Shown in pieces: positions 54,775 to 64,000 of a DNA stretch of 64,000 bases. Location of the stretch: NCBI RefSeq assembly GCF_009914755.1, contig NC_060939.1; one strand, given 5' to 3'. The number at the start of each line of letters is the position of its first letter. Position 1 is the first letter of the stretch. The notes under the pieces were generated by a model. The model was not told where the DNA came from. It did no database searches and was given only the letters and a program-made list of their open reading frames with translations. The stretch comes from the human T2T-CHM13v2.0 reference genome, Homo sapiens. A program made the position numbers and the translations under genes.

Positions 54775-56490
54775 GATAAAAGCTTCAAAAATTAAAGTTT
54801 TTGGCACTCTGAGGACGCCCTGATTAAAAACTTCCAGCTGATTTTCAACCAAGTACAACCAAAATTTAGAGATCTTATTTATGTAAAAGTTCAATGCCAC
54901 TTAGGATACTTTAGTTGATTTCAAAACTAATTTTCCAACGGCTCAGACATTTTGGAAATCTAATTGATGATGGATAGTAAAGAGAAAAAGTATGAACTGT
55001 CATACTGAAGCATTGAAAAAAATACAACATCATCTTTATCAGAAAATTTTGTAGTGTGTATATATAAAATATATGTAAACTTTGGTAAGTACAGATGCTG
55101 CTTCAATCGGTAGAATATCCTGGTTTATGATATTGAGTTATAAATTATGTATGCACCACAATCCACTCAAAATACATTTTTGCTCAATCTAGTAAGAATA
55201 TAAGTTTTATCACAATGCTATATTCTACCAAATTTGTATTTATATTATCATTGCAAAAATAAATAATTCTATCCTTGATGCCAAATTTTTAATTGAATTT
55301 ACAATAATATTTACAACAAATGTTTCACTTTTGGCAAAATAAACATTTTAAGACTTAATTAGATGAAAAAAATTGAGGCATTATGGGAATTAACTCATTT
55401 TATATTTGAGTCATCTAGTGATGCTGGTATTAAGCTAGGCATCATTCAACTGTTTGCAGTATACTTCTGCTATTAATTTACCTTTTGTCCATGCATGAGA
55501 AAACTTGGAATCAAAAATGAGCAAAATTCATTTAAGGGGAGAATCATTTGATCTAAGTGATAGGTAAACACACCTTCTCCAGCTGCATATGGTGTCTTTG
55601 GGTGCAGTCTTCTTAAGATAATTGCTAATTTCTGAAGGAGATGCTGATGCTGCTTCTAATTCTCATGTGATCATACTATCACAGAGGTAGATGGTAAATA
55701 TAAACATTCTGTGCAAGTTGCGTATCCATCAACTTTCTCATGAAATGGAAATTTGATTATTTAATTTTCATTAAATTTTTATTTTTTGAGCTCAGTGCTG
55801 CTGAAAGGATTTACTACAAAATATAAAATTGTTGCCAAACAGTGAGATAAATAGTTATAGATTCACATCATGTAATAAATGAGAAAACCAAAATATCAAG
55901 AGCATTTGGGAAACTTTCTTTTCATTTTCATCTTTGGTTTACCCTTGTATTTCATGTACACCAACTCCAACAACTTTTCACTGACTCTTCCAATTAGTGG
56001 TCTGAATGCTTTGTGCATTGAAAAGGCTGTGGCAATGGCCATGACATAACAGGCGGGCAAGAGTGACACATACTTTCACCACAACCACCCAAGCCCAGTA
56101 GTTAACTGGTCCTAGTCACTGGCATAGGAGTGCACTTAGTTTTATCAGTGAACACTCTGCAAACCAATTTTGAAAGGGATATGTTAATTACGTTGTATCA
56201 TAAAAAGTTGGAAAAGAGATATGAGTGTAGATGGCCATCTTTCAATGTGTTAAAATGAGAAATCTGTTCACTGCACATGAGTCTCACACACCATTACCTG
56301 AAACTATGGTGGAAGGTGGAAGTGCAAAGTGGAAGTCTACCAAACCTATCCCAGCTCATTTTAATACAATTGTTGATAATACTTCATTATAAGATGAAAA
56401 TTCCAGGACATATGCTAAACAAGATAGGATGCCAGGAAAACAGATGTATATTGGGATTGTCTTTGGCAAATCAGGATATATGGTCTCCCT
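54775..56490 (-). mobile_element. hAT-Blackjack-type transposon fossil with degenerate transposase
   Basis: Minus-strand motifs AAGEGVFTYH, IFDSKFSHAWTK, SLDDSN, FCNDNINTN, DCGAYIIYN; terminus GGCAAATCAGGATATATGGTCTCCCTA resembles the MER94/Blackjack TIR. Confidence 0.78.
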
Positions 56491-56759
56491 ACCTCTAATG
56501 GCCTGTGGGGAGCCCACTGGAGTAAGAGAGGACATGGGCAAGGGTTGATCATATTTATTCCTCTCCTTCATGTTTATTCAAAGACCTGAAAAGGATCAAA
56601 CATTTCTTTGATGCCTACTGGGAATCTAGACTTGTTTCCATGGAATACAGTGACTTTTTTTAATCTTTTAAGTAATCTATAGAGAAATCTTTACCCCTAA
56701 ACTGAGAGTCCTGAAAAGGGAGGTTACACGTAAATGGAGGTGGTAACATGCCTACAATC

Positions 56760-57190
56760 TACAATTTTTTATTCAAACTGGACCTCCTGAGCTCCTGAAA
56801 GTAAGTTTCTCCTCTCTATCCCTCCTGTTCTAAGGGTTGGTAGCAACCCCCTGCTATTGCTAATCTTTGGGGTGCATCACTGTACCCTGTTAGACTTCTC
56901 AACTCTTTCCATCAACTCAGTAATCAATTCCCTGTATTAAATTCTATGTTCAAAATTTTGGGAGTGATATATATATTTTTAATTTTACCTTAAGTTGTGG
57001 GATACATGTGCAGAATGTTCAGGTTTGTTACATAGGTATACATGTGCCACGGTGGTTTGCTGCACCTATCAACCCATCATCTAGGTTTTAAGCCCCACAT
57101 GCATTAGGTATTTGTCCTAATGCTCTCCCTCCCTTTGCCCCCCACCCCCCTGGAGTGCCATTTTCTTGATTGAACCTTGGTTGATTCAGA
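56760..57190 (+). mobile_element. ERVL-class LTR 3' part interrupted by a short minus-strand L1PA 3' end (~56975-57150)
   Basis: TTGCTAATCT...CAATTCCCTGTATTAAATTC; L1PA 3'UTR between GGAGTG repeats. Confidence 0.6.
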
Positions 57191-58497
57191 TCTCCTTCTC
57201 TATTTCCTTTTTGTCATAATTCTTAGGTGCTTAATGTTGCCCACTTCACCCTATTATAGTGTGAAGTGGGCAACATATACAGCTGTGCCAAGGGGTTAGG
57301 GCATGATAATGGATTACTGCATGTCCTTCTCAGTATTCAAACACTGCACAGAAATGTATGGCCACATAATGCTCTACCTAAAAGAAGTCCCAATGTTAGA
57401 CTTTCAGGCTTTTCCTGGGAATTCCTAAAACTTCACCAAGCATATAGTCATTACATAAAGTTGGTCTTTTCTGCTGGGAGACTTCCATTTTCTCAAAATG
57501 ACCAAAATTTTGGAAGCTGAGAATGAAACAAGATGGGCTCAGAGAAACAATAGACTGAAAACAGAAGAAGTGTTTTTGGCATTTGTTTATCTGAAGTGGA
57601 CTTCCAAGCAAGGCCTGCTGATTAACAGAATAGCTAAGTCTTATTCTTTAGGGGTATACATGTAGGATGGAGGAGGAATTTGGGTTTCATGGCTGGGGAG
57701 AGGGCAGGGATGGGCAAGTGGAGAAATGACAGGGCAAGCAGTTTGTGTTTGAGCTCCAAAGCAATCAGGCTGTAGGGACAACTAGAACAAAGATAGAGGC
57801 AGAGAAAGGAGAGGGGCAGGAAAAAAGCAGGAGCAAGTACCAGGCTTTATGAATCCTCAACTGCCTCCAGGCTACAACCTGAGAACAATGGAAACCACTC
57901 TTCACCTAGGAAGTGATAATGACCACACTCCAGGATCATCCTCCTCTTAAACAGCCATCCAGAATTTTTCTAGAGGAAGGAGTAATGTCAAACAGAGTGA
58001 CCCACAGTGGGAAATTCTTCCAACGCTCTAAAAGCAGTCATTACCCAAAATAGGCACCCAACGTGTTCATTTATGACTTGCCATAAATACTAGCATTAGC
58101 AAGACAATATTATCCTCGTATGAGTTGACTTTATTGTGCTTCAGAAAGTTACAACATCATAAATATCTATGAACGTGTTATTTCATCTGCTCTCATAATT
58201 TGTCTCTTCCAACATGGTTCTGGCCAATTTTAGAAGTTTCCATGTAAATATATAAAAATAATGATAGGAAAAAATGAGGACAGAACAAAAAGAGGTCAAG
58301 TATCACATTTAGTCCACAAATATTATGACAGAATATGAAATTGTTTTATGGGTGGTTAAAGCAAACTTTTTATTTTTTTTTTTGTGGTGGTGGTGGTGAA
58401 GCTATGTGTATTATCACCAGTCTAAAAAGAAAGGATGCCTAAATAGGGAATGGAGCAGGCATCTTTAGAACCTCTTTTAATCTCTAGTTAATGATGT

Positions 58498-59418
<921 letters not shown>

Positions 59419-59509
59419 ATGTCCACTTTTATAAAAGATTTGGTGGTGGTCTAAAATACTAGGCCCAGAAAATTTATGTACACATAAATGTATCCTGGCA
59501 CTTTAAGAG

Positions 59510-59545
59510 TAACAAACAAACAAACAAACAAACAAACAAAAAAAC
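59510..59545. repeat. (AAAC)n microsatellite
   Basis: About seven AAAC units read directly. Confidence 0.9.
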
Positions 59546-62500
59546 ATTATTTTACAACATGTAATACCCTGTGACACCTCTGGAAGTGTGCCATAAAAGA
59601 AAATTAATTTTGAAACAGAGTTGGTTCCCATCTATTGTCACTAAAAGTTATTTAGGTGAAAATGAACAGTTTGGATTCTAGGAAGGTGTTAATTAAGGGA
59701 ATGGGTTAACAATTATTGTTCACTTGAGTTTTCTAAAACATATGCCTTGGGTTTGAGCTGTGATTCTCTCTTCCGTCCTTGAGTCTGGAACCCTCTCCTG
59801 CTCCCAGGTTACTTTTCCAGCAATGTGCAACTCTCGAGAGAACTTTCCCAATGCCTTTGATTTCCACATGTGTTGCAAGTTGGGGATCACACAGAATTCA
59901 GGTTGAGAAGGTTCAAGTCTATATTTTCAGGAGACACACCAGGAAGAGTTCAGTGGCTGTCTGAATGTCCATCCATGTTGTTTAGGTAAATTGGTGATGG
60001 GGTAGATTAAAAGGGGACCTGTTTAGTGGTTTCCTGGCAATTGCTCTGATTTCCTCCAGACTTCCTCTTGACAGCCGAAAGTAGACTCAATAAAATTATA
60101 TCCAGGAAGGTATGGAAGTGGAGGTGGTGAGGCTATTGATTTGGCGAACACATGGGATGAAGGGGAAGGCCTAGGTCTGAAAAACCTGGTTCTCCCTCCT
60201 GAGACCTCTATTTATAAAGATAAGGGATAAGACTTTGGAGACAGGTATGTGCCATATAATCTGCTTTGGAGATTAAGCAGCAACAAATAGGGAATGAAAA
60301 TGTACCATTCAGTAATGTATTATTTACTCTAAAAGAAACAACTATGCCTTATACTGCACCAGTTCCTTAAACAACTTATTTTATTTTTTTAAATGATGGC
60401 AGCTCCAGGACCACACTGGATAACAAATATCAGTGACCAATACCTTTTTAAATGCCTCCTGCTGGAGAGTTTTTTCTCTCTTGTCTCCATTTCAGGGGAA
60501 ACTCAGCAACCTCTGGGCCCTTTTACAATGCACAATTAGGGGCTTATAAAGAAAGAACTGCTGCAAGAGGTGTAGGTACTCATGCTAGATATTCAGGGAG
60601 GCTTGAAGGCTGAAGGTGAGATACAGTGAGCTTACGGAACATGGTGGAACTCAAAGAAGGGTTTCTGAGATAAACACCCTTATTCAAATGCCAGAGACAC
60701 ACTGTTTCTCTAAACAGAAACTCTTAAGGCCCGGCAGTTTTTATGTTGGAGCAAAAGATTTGGGTCAGAACCAAAGTTTTAAAGACTTTTTATTGAAGAA
60801 GTTCAAAGATTCCTTGGCCAGCAGCCAAGTGTGGTCTGATTTGTTTGCATTTCCTCTGGGAACTCACACACAAGTGAGGAATTGGCCAGCCACCACTGTG
60901 AGGGTCACCCACACCCCTGTGGGCCTTTTCTCCCTGAGCAGTTCCAAGGTGGGGGAGGGAAGCCAGGGGGAATCAGATCCCTACAAAGGCCGAGAGTTCA
61001 GCAGCCTGGCCAAGCTGCAGTTCTTTCCTGGGTGAAGAAGTATCTCTCCCAATAGCTGCAGTATCTCTTCCAATACACCAAGATGGTATTGATTAGTCCA
61101 CAAATGAGACCCCTATGACTCAGGAGGTAAGTGAGAGGCATCAAGGGGAGAGGTGGGAAGTGAAATATCACCTCTTCTTCCCTCCTCCCAGTGATGGTAG
61201 AAGGACTTGCTCCAGGCTGGGAGGCATCAAGCATGTGTGCTAATGGGCCAGTTCTGCACATTCAAGATCCCGGAGATGTTAAGTTTATCCAAAAATCTTT
61301 CAAGCAATCCTGTCGTTTGCAATTAACTCAGAGGGAGTTTTGAGAAATTTGTCAACTGGATTTAATTTTAAAAAGGGAAAATATATCTTTTACTATGGTT
61401 TTGGAAGTTTGAAAAGGAGTTGCTTGTGTAACCACACACGTGTGCACACACAAACAGCATGAAGGTCTCTCCTCTCCTTGGGATTTTGATCACAGAGGTA
61501 GAAAATTAGGCAAAGTGTAAAAGGATATGTGATTGTCAAAAGGTGAGGAGTTAGAGGGACTGAAAGAAATGGGTCCCTGGTTCTCCTGGACTGATGGGTC
61601 CCAGCATGTGACTGATGCCCATCACTGAGCAGATTTCATGACCTCTTCTTCGGTGAGCTGAAAATCCAAGAGAGAGTGGAGCAGGGAAGCTGGAGGTCAC
61701 ACATATATAACCGCGACAGGGGAAAGGGCTGAGTAGGCAGGAGCTCCAAGAGTGAAGGTGTCTGTTATTGTGTTGAGCAGTAGGAGGGAAACACTTTCAA
61801 TTCCTGTCCCTCCCAACTAAATGATAAGGGAAGGAGCCTCCATCCATATAGAAGGAAGAGAAGTGCCCTGCTGAGTTCTGGGCATTTGAGTTTGTGGGAT
61901 GACCAGGGTGTGGCCTGATACCTGAGCTAGCAGCTGGTTGATCTCTCCAGAAGTGAGCTGCCTGTTGTCAGATTAGAGGCATGAGATCAGGGCCAGCCCT
62001 CACTTTTGCAGGGTCTTACTCAACCCCTGACAGGAATGGCCTTGTATGCCAGCACCTGTAGTCCTGCCCTGTGCAAGGGGCCTGCAGTTTAGGGAGGCTT
62101 GGGAGCAACAACTCCCACACAGGGCTGGGCTCCCCACATTGGTTTTTTTTTTTTTTTGTTCATTGGCTGTAAGTTCCTTTTCTGAGATGAAGCCTTCTTC
62201 CCTTTTTTCAAAGAGAGCTTGGTAAGGGAAAGCTAAAGGGATTGGTAGCCCTGTTCAACTTGCAACCACATGGAACCACATGTACATGTTCCTGGAGGCC
62301 TCTCCCCTCTGTCCCTGTGTGTCCCTGGTTTCTCTTCTGTCTCCCATCTGGGAGTCTCATGGCTGGCTGATCTGATCCTGGGTTCAACTTTTATAGATGT
62401 TGTTTCTCCATTGGCTAAAAGAAAGGTATGTCGCCTGGGGTGCTCTTTCTGCCCCCTTTTGCCTCCAGGTTCCAGGAGTAATCCTGCTCTACACTGGGGT

Positions 62501-63087
62501 TTCCAGATCATCCTACATTACTGGAAAGGAGGCCTTGGAAAGAAAAGGGCCAAAGAGAGGCCTGGCAGAGGATGATATTTACCTCAAGGGGTAGGGACTC
62601 TCTCTGTTTATTCTTTATATATGGGTCAAATATAGTTCTGGAAATAATATCTCCAGATCAGCATCCCAGGTCATTGACCTTAGAAGAAAATTTTTAAACA
62701 GTTACTAAAGGTAATTAATTGAGAGGTGAGAAATGGAAAAAATGCAGCAATTGCCAGGACATTAGGGGCCAACTGGTGCCACTTTTCTCATGGTTCCCAT
62801 GGCTCTTCGCATTGGAAATAACTGCCTAAAGATAGCTGTCCTTCAGGCACTTGCAGCTAGTGAGAATAGGGCTTGCTGACAGCCCCAGGATGATGACAGC
62901 ATGTGAAGAATAGTGGGGTGAGCACACGCCCAGAGGTTGCTTCCTGAACACAAAGGAAGAAGAGGAGATGGACTCAGTTTCAAAGCTGAAAAGGGTGGGA
63001 AGTAAAAACAATTCAGGCAGGAGTTACAATTCTGAAAGCCACAGAATTTGAGATGCAAATGATTTCAAGTGGAGCTCTCTATACTGG

Positions 63088-63275
63088 GTCAGCAAACTTT
63101 ACTGTGTCTAAAAATCACCAAGGAGCTTTTTAACTATTCGGGGTCCCAAGCCCCACCTCCAGAAATTTGGAGCTGGTAGATTTGGGGTAGGACCCAGGAT
63201 TCTGCATTTTTAATAGGGCCATTCCCCATCCCTGGGACCTCTGATGCAGGTGTTTCACAGTTTTGAGATCCTCTG
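63088..63275. mobile_element. MER5A-like element
   Basis: AATCACC..GGAGCTTTTTAA...CCCCACCTCCAGA...CCCAGGATTCTGCATTTTTAA. Confidence 0.7.
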
Positions 63276-63775
63276 CCCTATGTAATGCCTGAATTCCTTC
63301 TATGGCACCCCCAGCACATGGCTATTGACTCTGCATCCTCAATGGGGCTGCAGGATGATGAGGGAGTGGCCAGACTCTGGCAGCCAGGTTGTCCTTAACA
63401 TTTTGCAGAACCCACTTCCCCACAGAGGCCACCCCTGTTAAGAGGCTGATGAGGCTTCATCTCAAGAGAATGTTGAGGTGGGGGACATAGATGGAGCTTG
63501 AGGCTCAATCTAGGATGCGGTTCGGCAAAATGAGTCAGTCATGCATATAAATGGGATTTGCTTGATCTGAATCTAAGACCATAGAGCAGTTACAATATTG
63601 AGAAATTCTTATTTGTGATATTTTGGGGAGAAAATCAACTTTTATGTTGCTAATAAGGTCTCATGGGGGTAGAGAGGTGATTGATAAGGTATTGGGCTTC
63701 TTTCTGAGATAATGAAAATGTTCAAAAGTTGCCTGTGGTTAGGGTTGCACATATTAATGAATACTCATACACTGA

Positions 63776-64000
63776 CAGGGATTCATTCTGAGAAATGCGT
63801 CATTAGGTGATTTGATTGTTGTGCAAACATCATAGAGTGTACTTACAAAAACCTAGATGGTGTAGCTTACCACACACCTAGGATATATGGTAGAGCCTAT
63901 TGCTCCTAGGCTACAAACTTGTACTGCATGTTACTGAACTGAATACTGTAGGCGACTGTAACACAATGGTAAGTATTTATGTATCTAAAATACCTAAACA
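63776..64000 (+). mobile_element. Tigger3/MER7 DNA transposon, runs off the right edge
   Basis: TTCTGAGAAATGCGTCATTAGG...CCTATTGCTCCTAGGCTACAAAC. Confidence 0.85.

Noticed and set aside
60616-61035. 139-aa ORF in unique sequence
   Set aside because: GTG start that coincides with a splice-donor motif; no recognisable homology.
61704-61710. TATATAA possible TATA box
   Set aside because: Isolated motif with no CpG island or other support.

Overview
Primate (human-like) genomic DNA; from recall this is 15q21.2. The first ~19.6 kb holds the last five coding exons and the ~3.2 kb 3'UTR of AP4E1 (AP-4 adaptor epsilon subunit) on the + strand. All visible splice sites are GT-AG, the exon phases join, and the stop is at 16323-16325. 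The rest is repeat-dense intergenic DNA: nested old L1M/L1PB fragments, ~22 Alus over the whole window (19 on the minus strand), solo LTRs (MSTA, MER4, ERVL types), DNA transposons (MER47, Tigger2, MER1B, MER33-like, MER5, Tigger3, a large hAT-Blackjack transposase fossil) and one full-length minus-strand L1PA2/3-type LINE-1 (45250-51286) with intact ORF1, frameshifted ORF2, and an antisense promoter/ORF0 pointing at candidate + strand exons. Nearly all ORFs in the supplied track are repeat-derived noise. The most notable observations: (1) a very old, fragmented LTR-retroelement fossil (RT tether, RNase H, integrase, possibly env) starting just after the AP4E1 poly(A) site; (2) a possible L1 antisense-promoter/ORF0 chimeric transcript; (3) two possible unconventional products of the 558-nt AP4E1 exon (a stop-free circRNA and an intronic-polyadenylation isoform with a hydrophobic tail); (4) several templated-insertion repair scars. 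I found no firm evidence of a wholly new biological system; these are testable hypotheses. Repeat subfamily names and boundaries are by-eye calls from recalled consensus sequences.
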